A stretch of 64,000 bases of DNA from Anaerolineales bacterium (GCA_034411715.1 DAOUMJ010000209.1:11604-75603); one strand, 5' to 3'; shown: positions 45,661 through 54,456, counted from the first letter of the stretch. Notes: generated by a model not told the origin, from the letters alone. Made by a program: numbers and translations.

Positions 45661-46707
45661 ATGCCTGACTTCCATTTCCAGACAACCCACGTCGGCTCCG
45701 TGCCGCACAAGGACCCGACCGACCTGACCCACCGCCTCGCCTCCCAACTTGACATTCCCTGCTGGCTGCAACTCCCGCGCCGCCACTACCTCGAAAACAT
45801 CTACACTCAATACGCCGCCACCCTGCCCGGCGCTCACGTGGACGCGGAAAAAGAGAAAGCCTTCATGCGCACCGACGCGGCGGACTTCGACGCGCAACTC
45901 GAAGCCTTCTATCAATCCGTGATTGACGACGATCTCAATCACTTCGCGCTCACCCGCGATTGCGCGCTCGGCTTCTTCACTTTGCTGGATGAACTCAAAA
46001 CCAACCCGGCCAAATGGGTCAAGGGACAGGTGATGGGTCCCATCAGTTTCGGCCTCACGGTCACAGATCAAAACCTGCGCGCCAGCCTCTACGACGAAAC
46101 GCTCGCCGATGCCCTCGTCAAGAACATGGGCATGAACGCCCGCTGGCAGGTTCGTCAGTTGAAAAAGGTGGGAGAGAACGTAATCATGTTCGTGGACGAG
46201 CCGTATATGGCCTCCTTCGGCTCCGCTTTCATCAGTCTCAGCCGCGAGCAGGCACTGGGCTATATGAACGAGGTCTACGAGGCGGTGCATGGCGAGGGCG
46301 TGCTGGTCGGCGTTCACTGCTGCGGCAACACCGATTGGAGCATCCTGCTCGACTCGCAGGCGGACATCCTGAACCTCGACGCGTATGGCTACCTCGAAAA
46401 CCTCGCCCTCTACCCCGCCGAACTCCGCCTCTTCCTGGACCGAGGCGGCGCGCTCTGCTGGGGAATCGTTCCCAACAACGAGCAGATTTGGAACGAAACG
46501 CCACAGTCGCTCGCGGACCGCCTGCGCGCCGGGCTGAAACTTATCTCAGCGAAGGCGGCCGCGCGCGGTATGACCATCACCACAGACGAACTGGCTTCCC
46601 GAAGCCTCGTCAGCCCCGCCTGCGGGCTTGGGTCAACCACCGTTGAAATCGCGGAGCAGGTTTTCGAGGTGATGGTAGAGACGAGCATGATGCTGAAAAA
46701 GGGATAA
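45661..46707 (+). CDS. Short (core) MetE-like / UROD-superfamily methyltransferase, candidate corrinoid-dependent methionine synthase
   Basis: Start at ATG 45661. ~348 aa, a single MetE-like barrel. 'VDEPYM', 'GVHCCGNTDW' and 'VSPACGLG' resemble the His/Cys/Cys zinc site of cobalamin-independent methionine synthase. Confidence 0.7.
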   Translation: MPDFHFQTTHVGSVPHKDPTDLTHRLASQLDIPCWLQLPRRHYLENIYTQYAATLPGAHVDAEKEKAFMRTDAADFDAQLEAFYQSVIDDDLNHFALTRDCALGFFTLLDELKTNPAKWVKGQVMGPISFGLTVTDQNLRASLYDETLADALVKNMGMNARWQVRQLKKVGENVIMFVDEPYMASFGSAFISLSREQALGYMNEVYEAVHGEGVLVGVHCCGNTDWSILLDSQADILNLDAYGYLENLALYPAELRLFLDRGGALCWGIVPNNEQIWNETPQSLADRLRAGLKLISAKAAARGMTITTDELASRSLVSPACGLGSTTVEIAEQVFEVMVETSMMLKKG

Positions 46708-46829
46708 CTCGTATGGATGTTTACCAGCGGGCTTGTTCATTACATCGTTGAAGAGAAAAAGAGCAATATACTGGCTACACGCAAGATGCGATTCTTGCCC
46801 CTCTAAAATTGGAGACTTTGGAATTTGCC

Positions 46830-47618
46830 TCAAGACAGGAGTTTTTCCATCATCGTCACAACCGACTGGTAAACCGGCGAACTGTCCGGCAGATCCACCA
46901 GCGGCTTGCCGGAATATTCAAAGTTCGCCAGTTCTTCGTTCGCGGGGATGGTTCCCAGCAGCGGCACATCCATCGTTTCCACAAAGGTTTTCAGGTCGGG
47001 GGGCGTTTCGGCGGGAAGACGGTTGAGGATCAGGCAGGCGTTCTCGATGCGGATGTCCAACTCTTTGCGCATGTCGGCGATGCGCTGCGCGGCGACCAAC
47101 CCGCGCTGGGTGGGATCGCTGACGATGAGCAGATGCTGAACGTCGCGCGTGGTGCGCCGCGAGAGATGCTCCATCCCCGCTTCGTTGTCAATGACGACGT
47201 AGGCGTAATGTTTGCTCATCCCGTCAATGACCTCGCGCAGGTTGTGGTTGACCGCGCAGTAGCATCCCTGTCCCTCGCCGCGCCCCATGGCGATCAGGTC
47301 GAAGCGGCTCCCCTCTGCCAGCGCCGACTTGACGTGATATTCCAGGTAATCGCGCTTGTTGACGCCGCCGGGCAGCGCGCCCATGGCCGCTCCGCCTCCC
47401 AGCAGCGACGATTTGACCTGCTCCAGCATATCCTCGCGGATGTCGCCGACGGTCCAATCGAGGTCGAGTCCCAGCACCATGTTGAGGTTGCTGGACGGGT
47501 CCGCGTCTATGGCGAGGATGCTGCCCGGCTGGTTCTGCGCCAGCCACTTGATGACCATTCCTGCGACGGTGGTCTTGCCGACGCCGCCCTTGCCTGCGAG
47601 TGCGATGGTGGTTGTCAA
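46830..47618 (-). CDS. cooC: CooC/AcsF-type Ni-insertion ATPase (CODH/ACS maturation)
   Basis: Deviant Walker A 'IALAGKGGVGKTT', 'DADPSSN', 'CYCAVN'. Start proposed at TTG 47618, 1 nt after the relE-like stop. The ORF-track ATG at 47660 would overlap that gene by 41 nt. Confidence 0.8.
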   Translation of the reverse strand: MTTTIALAGKGGVGKTTVAGMVIKWLAQNQPGSILAIDADPSSNLNMVLGLDLDWTVGDIREDMLEQVKSSLLGGGAAMGALPGGVNKRDYLEYHVKSALAEGSRFDLIAMGRGEGQGCYCAVNHNLREVIDGMSKHYAYVVIDNEAGMEHLSRRTTRDVQHLLIVSDPTQRGLVAAQRIADMRKELDIRIENACLILNRLPAETPPDLKTFVETMDVPLLGTIPANEELANFEYSGKPLVDLPDSSPVYQSVVTMMEKLLS

Positions 47619-47619
47619 T

Positions 47620-47883
47620 TTACTTTCCTTTGTAAACTTCCCGACGGTGACCAATCTCATACACTACGATCAAGCCTTCCTTATCGAAAACTTGGTAAAT
47701 GGCGCGATAATCACCAATACGGAATTTCAAAAATTCAGACAAATCGCCAGTCAAAGGTTCGCGTCGAACTATTTCAATATTTTCCGCTAACCATTTCAAC
47801 TTCCTGGCGATACGACGTGCGGTTTCTTTTTCGAGAGACGCCAGATCGTTTTGAGCCCGATCAAGCAGGCGCAATTGGTACAT
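47620..47883 (-). CDS. RelE/ParE-family toxin
   Basis: 87 aa. 'KLKWLAEN...PLTGDLSEFLKFRIGDYRAIYQVFDKEGLIVVYEIGHRREVY' is a typical RelE/ParE fold signature. Confidence 0.8.
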   Translation of the reverse strand: MYQLRLLDRAQNDLASLEKETARRIARKLKWLAENIEIVRREPLTGDLSEFLKFRIGDYRAIYQVFDKEGLIVVYEIGHRREVYKGK

Positions 47884-47886
47884 TGC

Positions 47887-48102
47887 CTAAAGCCCCAAAT
47901 CTTTGACTACATCCTGGAGTAATTTTCCGCGTTCTCCACGATCTACAGCAGACTTGCTCTTCAACAGCCGCAGGCGAACTTCCTCGCGTAAAACAAGACC
48001 TTCATCGGGGTCCCCGAATAACTCGATGAGTTTGTTCTCAATGGAGGATTCAATCACCTGTTGAAGTTCCTCTTTTGTCATTTGAGACACCATTTGTTCC
48101 AT
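47887..48102 (-). CDS. Putative antitoxin of the RelE/ParE-like toxin
   Basis: 71-aa ORF 3 nt upstream of the toxin, with GAGGTG ahead of the ATG. Confidence 0.6.
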   Translation of the reverse strand: MEQMVSQMTKEELQQVIESSIENKLIELFGDPDEGLVLREEVRLRLLKSKSAVDRGERGKLLQDVVKDLGL

Positions 48103-48160
48103 AGTACACCTCGGCTCTTATTTTACTCTTTTTTTGATTGGCACAGACGACGCGTGGATT

Positions 48161-49678
48161 CTAACGCTCGTATAAATAATTCAACTCACGGATTCGATCC
48201 CGCAATTCATCCGTCAGCGCGGACGAGTCCATCCGCCAGCCCCAGTTGCCGTCCGGGCGCGAGGGATAGTTCATGCGCGCCTCCCCTCCGAGGGCGAGAA
48301 AGTCCTGCATGGGCGCGAGGGCGAAGACAGCCAGAGAAGACCACGCCGTGCGAATGAGATGCGCGGGAAATTCCCTTGCCATGCTTCGCCCTGCCTTCAG
48401 GCCGAGGTAACGGAGGGCAAATTCGCGTTCCGCATCGGGGGCGGTTTCGTACCAGCCGCGCGACGTGTCGTTATCGTGGACGCCGGTGTAAACAACGCAG
48501 TTCTCAGGGAAATGATGCGGCAGGAAGAGATTATCGGGGCCGGAAAAAGCGAAATGGAGAATCTTCATGCCGGGAAAGCCAAAGTCGTCGCGCAGGGCGA
48601 TGACATCTTCGGTGATCAGGCCGAGGTCTTCGGCGACGATGGGAAGTTCGCCGAGGGACTGCTTCATGGCGGCGAACAGGTCTGCGCCAAGGGCGGGGAC
48701 CCAGCGCCCCTGTTCGGCGGTGGGAGCGGAGGCGGGGATTTCGTAGCAACCCGCGAAGCCGCGAAAGTGGTCGAGGCGGATGATGTCCACCTGCGCGAGC
48801 GCGGAGCGGAAGCGCGCCAGCCACCAGGCGAAGCCCGTCTCTTTGTGCCTCTGCCAGTCATAGAGCGGATTGCCCCACAACTGCCCCGTTGGTGAAAAGA
48901 AATCAGGCGGGACGCCCGCCACAACCGTGGGGCGTCGCTGCTCGTCGAGAAAAAAAAGATCGGGGTTGGCCCACGCGTCGGCGGAGTCGTAGGCGACGAA
49001 GATGGGGATATCGCCGATGATCTTCACGCCGCGCCGACTGGCGCAATCGCGAAGTTCGCGCCACTGCTTGAAAAACAGGAACTGGATAAACTTATGGCGG
49101 GCAATGGAATCGGCCAGGCCGGCGCGCGCCTGCGCGAGCGCGGAGGGTTCGCGCAGGCGGAGGGGCCCGGGCCAATCGCTCCACGCGCCGCCGCCGTAGG
49201 CTTCCTTGACGGCCATGAAGAGCGCGAAGTCGTCGAGCCAGGGGGCCTCCTCGGCGGCGAACCGGTCGAAGTCGGCCTCACCCGCACCGGGGTCGGAGGC
49301 GAAGCGCCGCCAGGCCCGCTCGAGCAGGTTCAACTTCCAGGGGATGATCCGCCCGTAATCCACCCTTCGACTTCGCCCAGGGTTTCGCGCGCCGGCCGGG
49401 AAGTCCGCCTGTTCGAGATCGTCGGATTGGAGGAAACCGTCGCGAATCAGGAAATCGGGGCTGACGAGGAAGGGATTGCCCGCAAAAGCCGAGAAACATT
49501 GATAGGGCGAATCGCCATAGCCGGTGGGTCCAAGCGGAAGCACCTGCCAGAGTTTGTTGCCCGCCTCGGCGAGGAAATCCACGAAACGATGCGCCTCCGG
49601 GCCGAGGTCGCCAATGCCGTAGGAGCCGGGCAGGCTGGTGGGATGGAGGAGGATGCCGCTGGAGCGTTGAAATGACAT
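48161..49678 (-). CDS. malQ: 4-alpha-glucanotransferase (amylomaltase, GH77)
   Basis: 'RSSGILLHPTSLPGSYGIGDLG', 'WQVLPLGPTGYGDSPYQ', 'IGDIPIFVAYDSADAW', 'IRLDHFRGF'. Confidence 0.92.
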   Translation of the reverse strand: MSFQRSSGILLHPTSLPGSYGIGDLGPEAHRFVDFLAEAGNKLWQVLPLGPTGYGDSPYQCFSAFAGNPFLVSPDFLIRDGFLQSDDLEQADFPAGARNPGRSRRVDYGRIIPWKLNLLERAWRRFASDPGAGEADFDRFAAEEAPWLDDFALFMAVKEAYGGGAWSDWPGPLRLREPSALAQARAGLADSIARHKFIQFLFFKQWRELRDCASRRGVKIIGDIPIFVAYDSADAWANPDLFFLDEQRRPTVVAGVPPDFFSPTGQLWGNPLYDWQRHKETGFAWWLARFRSALAQVDIIRLDHFRGFAGCYEIPASAPTAEQGRWVPALGADLFAAMKQSLGELPIVAEDLGLITEDVIALRDDFGFPGMKILHFAFSGPDNLFLPHHFPENCVVYTGVHDNDTSRGWYETAPDAEREFALRYLGLKAGRSMAREFPAHLIRTAWSSLAVFALAPMQDFLALGGEARMNYPSRPDGNWGWRMDSSALTDELRDRIRELNYLYER

Positions 49679-49692
49679 ATAAAATCTTCTTT

Positions 49693-49780
49693 GTACACGG
49701 ATTGCACGGATTTACGGATTTTCACGGAAAGTCAAAAGAAAAATCCGTGCCCGTCCGTGCAATCCGCGTAATCCGTGTAC
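49693..49780. repeat. CACGGAT-family hairpin between glgA and malQ
   Basis: GTACACGGATTGCACGGATTTACGGATTTTCACGG [AAAGTCAAAAGAAAA] ATCCGTGCCCGTCCGTGCAATCCGCGTAATCCGTGTAC. Confidence 0.9.
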
Positions 49781-49785
49781 GGTTT

Positions 49786-51219
49786 TTATTTCGTCTTTGA
49801 GAGCAACGTTCGATACAGTTCGAAATATTCCCGCGCGGGTTTCGACCACGAGAAATCGGCGCGCATGGCGGATTGCTGCATGGCGCGCCAGCGCGTTCGG
49901 TCGGGATACACCGACAGGGCTTTGACGAGCGCGGCGCGCAGCGAGCGCGGCGCTGCAGACTTGAAGCGGAAGCCCGTTTCGTCGGTGACGGTATCGTTCA
50001 GGCCGCCGGTGGCGTGAACGATGGGCAGGCATCCGTAACGCATGGCGATCATCTGCGCCAGGCCGCAGGGTTCGTAGCGCGAGGGCATGAGAAGCATGTC
50101 GGCCGCGGCGTAGATGTGACGCGCCAGCGCGCCGTCGAAGCGCAGTTCGGCGCGCACGCGGCCGGGAAATTCCATCTGCAACTTGCGGGCGGCTTCCTCC
50201 AGGGCAGAGTCGCCGGTGCCGAGCAGGACGAATTGCCATGGAATATCGGCCAGTTTTTTCAGCGCGCCCAGCGCCAGGTCCACCCCCTTCTGGCGGTCCA
50301 TGCGCCCGACCATGGCGATCATCGGCGTGACGGGATCAACGGGCAGGTTGAGTTTCTCCTGCAGGGCGGTCTTGTTCTTTTCGCGAATGGCGGGATTTTC
50401 GGCGGTGAACTGGAAGGGGACGGCCGGGTCGTTGGAAGGGTCGAACGATTCGGTATCCAGCCCATTGAGGATGCCGCGCAGCGCTTCGCGGTGGCGGTGG
50501 ATGAAATCCTCCAGCCCGCCGCCGAATTCGGGCGTGAGAATCTCGCGCGCGTAGGTGGGAGAAACCGCGACGATGGCGTCGGCGGAAAAGAGACCCAGCG
50601 GCAGGGGCAGGGCGCGCGCCCAATCGGGCAGGTCGGTTTGGGCGATGGGCAGGTTGTAGGAGGCCAGAATGTCGGTCGCGTCCGCGCCCATGTAGGGCAG
50701 GTTGTGCAGAGTCAACACCGAGGCCGCACGGGACATCTCCCCGGACCAGCGCTTGAGGAGCAGGGCGTAAACGGCCAGGGCGGTATGCCAATCGTGAGCG
50801 TGGAAGATATCCACCTCCCAATTGAGAATGCGCGGCAACTCCAGCGCGGCCAGCGAGAAGAAGGCATATTTCTCCGCGTCCACTGCGGGGTTGGAGGAAT
50901 ACACCGACCCGACCGAGGAAATCGGCCCGCCGCCGATGAAATAGACGGGCATGTTATCCAGCGCAGTCTCGGAGACCTGCACCGCCAGGTCTTTGCCGCC
51001 GCGTTCGAGCGGGAAGATGGCGAGCGGGCGCGCTTCGGCTTTGATCGCGCTGTGGTGCGGCAGAACCAGCCTCACGTCGAGGAACGAATCGCCGCGCGCC
51101 TCGGCGGGCAAATTCCGCAGGGCGCGCGGCAGCGCGCTGGCCACATCTCCCAGTCCGCCCACTTTGACGAACGGCTCGGCCTCGGCCGCGAGAAACAGCA
51201 CATTGATATTTTTGGGCAT
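49786..51219 (-). CDS. glgA: Glycogen synthase
   Basis: 'NVLFLAAEAEPFVKVGGLGDVASALPRAL', 'HAHDWHTA', 'MPSRYEPCGLAQMIAMRYG'. Confidence 0.92.
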   Translation of the reverse strand: MPKNINVLFLAAEAEPFVKVGGLGDVASALPRALRNLPAEARGDSFLDVRLVLPHHSAIKAEARPLAIFPLERGGKDLAVQVSETALDNMPVYFIGGGPISSVGSVYSSNPAVDAEKYAFFSLAALELPRILNWEVDIFHAHDWHTALAVYALLLKRWSGEMSRAASVLTLHNLPYMGADATDILASYNLPIAQTDLPDWARALPLPLGLFSADAIVAVSPTYAREILTPEFGGGLEDFIHRHREALRGILNGLDTESFDPSNDPAVPFQFTAENPAIREKNKTALQEKLNLPVDPVTPMIAMVGRMDRQKGVDLALGALKKLADIPWQFVLLGTGDSALEEAARKLQMEFPGRVRAELRFDGALARHIYAAADMLLMPSRYEPCGLAQMIAMRYGCLPIVHATGGLNDTVTDETGFRFKSAAPRSLRAALVKALSVYPDRTRWRAMQQSAMRADFSWSKPAREYFELYRTLLSKTK

Positions 51220-51312
51220 GGGGCAATTGTAACGTGAATTGGCGGAATTTTTACAATCCGCTCATATTCGGATAACCTTCGCGAGGCATAATACGGAGCG
51301 AAAGAAACGAAT

Positions 51313-52242
51313 ATGAAACGGACGATCTTTGCCGCCCTCGCGATCTTGATTCTTGCGACATCCTGCCGCTTCACGCGTGACGTTGGGCCTGCTTCCGCGC
51401 AAGACGCGGCCTCCACGCCCGATCCGCTCCCTCCCGCCCCGCGCCCTACGCTGGATTCCGCCAAACCCATCCTTAACCTCCGATACAGCGAAGAAACACC
51501 CCCGCGTCCCGATGCCCTCAGCCTCGACGTGTATCCCGCCAGCGGCGCGAACCTGCCCGTGATGATCTCCGTGCATGGCGGGGGCTGGTTCCGCGGCGAC
51601 AAATCGCAAGTGGACGCCAAGCCCGCCGCGTTCAACGCGCGCGGCTTCGTCTTCGTTTCGGTCAATTACCGCCTGATCGCCGAGGTGAACCTGACCCAAC
51701 AGGTGAAGGATGTGGCCCGCGCCATCGCCTGGGTGAAACAGAACATCGCCCAGTACGGCGGCGACCCGGCGCGCCTGTTCCTGATGGGACATTCATCGGG
51801 CGCGCACCTCGTCTCGTTGATCGGCACAGACGAAACGTACCTGCGCGAGGAGGGACTTTCGTTTTCGGATATCAAAGGCGTGGTCTCGCTCGACACGCAG
51901 GCCTACGATATGTTCACGCTCATGTCGAACCTTACTCCGCCCAGCGGCGAGGTGTATTGGGCGGCCTTCGGCGACGATCCCGAATTCTGGAAGGTCATGT
52001 CTCCCCTGCGGCACGTGGAAGCGGGCAAGGACATTCCTCCCTTCGTGGTGGCGTACACAGGCGACCGTGAAACACGCGCCTATTTCTCGAAACAATTCTT
52101 CGCCGCCCTGCAGGAGGCGGGCGTCCCCTCCCTGCTGCTGCCCGCGCCCGAATACGCGCACGAGGAGATGGCCGCCAACTTCGGCCTGCCCGGCGACCGC
52201 GTCAGCGAAATCGTCTTCGAGTGGCTGGAGGGACTACTGTAA
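51313..52242 (+). CDS. Alpha/beta-hydrolase (esterase/lipase-like) lipoprotein
   Basis: Lipobox 'LILATSC'. Oxyanion 'VHGGGW'. Nucleophile elbow 'GHSSGAH'. Confidence 0.8.
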   Translation: MKRTIFAALAILILATSCRFTRDVGPASAQDAASTPDPLPPAPRPTLDSAKPILNLRYSEETPPRPDALSLDVYPASGANLPVMISVHGGGWFRGDKSQVDAKPAAFNARGFVFVSVNYRLIAEVNLTQQVKDVARAIAWVKQNIAQYGGDPARLFLMGHSSGAHLVSLIGTDETYLREEGLSFSDIKGVVSLDTQAYDMFTLMSNLTPPSGEVYWAAFGDDPEFWKVMSPLRHVEAGKDIPPFVVAYTGDRETRAYFSKQFFAALQEAGVPSLLLPAPEYAHEEMAANFGLPGDRVSEIVFEWLEGLL

Positions 52243-52431
52243 TTCCTTATTGCCGAACCCTCACTCCGCCTTCTGCCCGAAGCCTGGGGATTTGTGTGCG
52301 CGCAAAGGTTGTCGCCGCGGACTGCAAAATCTCCTGATTTTGCTCGAAAGTCGGGAGACTTTCGACTCCGTACCTGACATGGTTTGCGTGCACACGGGGA
52401 TTTCGGACTCCGCCCTCCTGGATGGTGAAAC

Positions 52432-52440
52432 TGGTATACT
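52432..52440 (+). promoter_or_regulatory. Possible extended -10 promoter (TGGTATACT) for the Hcy-methyltransferase gene
   Basis: TGnTATACT lies 28 nt upstream of ATG 52468. A similar TGCTATACT at 62320-62328 precedes the CBS gene at 62362. Confidence 0.3.
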
Positions 52441-52467
52441 CGCCCCATCACACATTTGGAGGGCCGC

Positions 52468-53349
52468 ATGGCAGATTTCATCGGAAGATTGCAAGCGGGG
52501 GAAATTCTCGTGGCAGACGGCGCGACGGGGACAAATTTCCAAAAAATGGGACTGTCCCCGGGCCAACCGCCCGAGGCCTGGGCGCTGGAACAGCCCGATA
52601 AAATCCTGACATTGTCGCAAAGTTTCGTGGACGCCGGCGCGGACATCATCCTGACCTGCACTTTCGGCGGGACGCGCCTGCGCCTGCGCGAATCTCCCCT
52701 GGCCGACCGCGTGACGGAGATCAACCATCGCGCCGCGGAACTGGCGCGCCAGGCCGCCTCGAAACGGACGAACATCCTCGTGGGCGGTTCGCTCGGACCG
52801 ACCGGCCTGCTGATGAACCCCTACGGGCCGATGACACCCGAGGAGGCGGCCGCGGCCTACGAAGAGCAGGCCAAAGCGCTCGCCGAGGGAGGCGTGGACC
52901 TGCTCGTCATCGAGACGATGTTCGCGCTCGACGAGGCGAAGTCCGCGCTGGAGGGCGCGCGGCGCGTCACCGATCTGCCCGTTGTCGTCTCGTTCAGTTA
53001 CGACCGCGGCGTCCGCACCATGATGGGCGTCAAGCCCGCGCAGGTGGCCTCCACCTTTCTGCCGCTGGGCGCGGACGTGATCGGCGCGAACTGCGGGACG
53101 ACGCTCGAAAACATGGAAACGATCATCGCGGAATACAAAGCCGCCGCGCCCGAGGCGATCCTGTGGGCCAAGCCGAACGCCGGCCTGCCCGAAATGGGGC
53201 CGGACAACCAGGCATTGTACAAAGTGACCCCCGAGGAAATGGGCGCGTTCGCGAAGAAATATGTCGAGGCCGGGGCGCGCATCGTGGGCGGATGCTGCGG
53301 CTCCACACCCGAACATGTGGCGGGGATCGTGAAGGCGGCGCTTGATTAG
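52468..53349 (+). CDS. Homocysteine S-methyltransferase-domain protein (MetH N-terminal-like, stand-alone)
   Basis: Start at ATG 52468 after GGAGGG. 'LVADGATGTNFQKMGL', 'ILTCTFGG', 'IGANCG', 'GGCCGSTPEH' (Zn/Hcy-binding cysteines). Confidence 0.85.
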   Translation: MADFIGRLQAGEILVADGATGTNFQKMGLSPGQPPEAWALEQPDKILTLSQSFVDAGADIILTCTFGGTRLRLRESPLADRVTEINHRAAELARQAASKRTNILVGGSLGPTGLLMNPYGPMTPEEAAAAYEEQAKALAEGGVDLLVIETMFALDEAKSALEGARRVTDLPVVVSFSYDRGVRTMMGVKPAQVASTFLPLGADVIGANCGTTLENMETIIAEYKAAAPEAILWAKPNAGLPEMGPDNQALYKVTPEEMGAFAKKYVEAGARIVGGCCGSTPEHVAGIVKAALD

Positions 53350-53519
53350 ACGAATTAGCGGAATTTGCCTGCAAGTTGCCGTCCGCCCAATTTAGCGAAG
53401 TCGTACAAAAGTTGAGCGCGTTGATACCGAGGCAAATTCAAATCAGTTGATTCACCAGAGACCTGACGCCTTATTTTTGTGCAAATTAGGCTACATCTCA
53501 TCGCGCGCCGCCAAAACCT

Positions 53520-53607
53520 GTACACGGATTTCGCGGATTTCACGGACAAACACGGAAAAATCCAAAAAAATCCGCGAAAATCCGTGCGATCCGTGTAATC
53601 CGTGTCC
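53520..53607. repeat. CACGGAT-family hairpin in the 510-nt spacer upstream of hicB
   Basis: GTACACGGATTTCGCGGATTTCACGGACAAACACGG [AAAAATCCAAAAAA] ATCCGCGAAAATCCGTGCGATCCGTGTAATCCGTGTCC. Confidence 0.9.
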
Positions 53608-53687
53608 GAAAAAGATGTCAGTCAGCCAATCACGCGATGACTTGTCGCTTATTTTGGGCAAAATTTAGGTGTCAGGTCTTTCCCATT

Positions 53688-53787
53688 ACCCCCACCCCGA
53701 AAGAATTTTCTCCGCCGTTGAACTGCCAACGTGATAGTCGGAAAGCGACTTTTTATTGTCATAATGAGTAGTGTGGTTGTATAATCC
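53688..53787 (+). repeat. ~100-nt promoter-bearing cassette, copy 1 (upstream of hicBA)
   Basis: CCCCACCCCGAAAGAATTTTCTCCGCCGTTGAAC...TTGTATAATCC. Roughly 70% identical by eye to 54457-54554. Confidence 0.75.
53756..53785 (+). promoter_or_regulatory. Sigma-70-like promoter for hicBA
   Basis: -35 TTGTCA (53756-53761), 18-nt spacer, -10 TATAAT (53780-53785). The hicB ATG lies 75 nt downstream. Confidence 0.5.
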
Positions 53788-53859
53788 ATGCGGAAGCGAT
53801 GATTAGATTGTTTATCCGAAAAAGCAACGCTCGCAAGAGTAGAATGCGGAGGTTCGCGC

Positions 53860-54144
53860 ATGTTAACGTATAGAGCCATGTACAAATATCTGGATAAAGG
53901 CGTCCACGCTGAAGTGCTGGACTTCCCTGGCGTCATTTCCTTTGGCGCGAGTTTGGAGGAAGCCCGCCGCATGTTATCCAGCGCCCTGGTGGACATGGCA
54001 GAGACCAATTGGCTCAATGGCGAACCATTGCCATCCCCCGATCCACGCATCAGCGACCCAGAGGCCGACCTGGAGGAACCAATCCACCTGTTGTTGACCG
54101 CCGCGTCTCGTGTCGCTCATGTGCCGCAAGACGCACTCACATGA
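53860..54144 (+). CDS. hicB: HicB-family antitoxin
   Basis: 'YLDKGVHAEVLDFPGVISFGASLEEARRMLSSALVDM'. ATGA overlap with hicA. Confidence 0.8.
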   Translation: MLTYRAMYKYLDKGVHAEVLDFPGVISFGASLEEARRMLSSALVDMAETNWLNGEPLPSPDPRISDPEADLEEPIHLLLTAASRVAHVPQDALT

Positions 54145-54329
54145 AACGCCGCGATCTGTTGCAGCATCTACGCAAGCATGGATGTCGTTTTGTGCGCGAG
54201 GGCGCGGAACATTCGATCTGGGAGAATCCAGCGACAGGCCGCCGCACAACGGTACCGCGGCATCGCGAAATTCCCGCTTACACCGCGATCAAGATCTGCA
54301 AGCAATTGGGCATTCCTGAGCCGAAGTGA
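54141..54329 (+). CDS. hicA: HicA-family mRNA-interferase toxin
   Basis: 'MKRRDLLQHLRKHGCRFVREGAEHSIWENPATGRRTTVPRHREIPAYTAIKICKQLGI'. Start at 54141 overlaps the hicB stop. Confidence 0.85.
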   Translation: MKRRDLLQHLRKHGCRFVREGAEHSIWENPATGRRTTVPRHREIPAYTAIKICKQLGIPEPK

Positions 54330-54455
54330 CCATCCACCAATGGGAATTACGAATTAACGAATGCCGCACTCCCCAATAATCCGCCCGTGGATGGGGATCG
54401 AACGCGCGAACGCACGACTCCCCATTCGTTTATTCGTGGCCAAATTCGTGGATGG
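54330..54455. repeat. CACGAAT-family hairpin with a large loop, immediately after the hicA stop
   Basis: CCATCCACCAATGGGAATTACGAATTAACGAATG ... CATTCGTTTATTCGTGGCCAAATTCGTGGATGG. Confidence 0.85.
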
Positions 54456-54456
54456 T

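Noticed and set aside
52243-52467. A SAM, SAH, cobalamin or THF riboswitch in the leader of the Hcy-methyltransferase gene.
   Set aside because: I could recognise no riboswitch consensus. The structure is built from the same mini-hairpin repeats seen elsewhere. It is kept only as a low-interest finding pending an Rfam scan.
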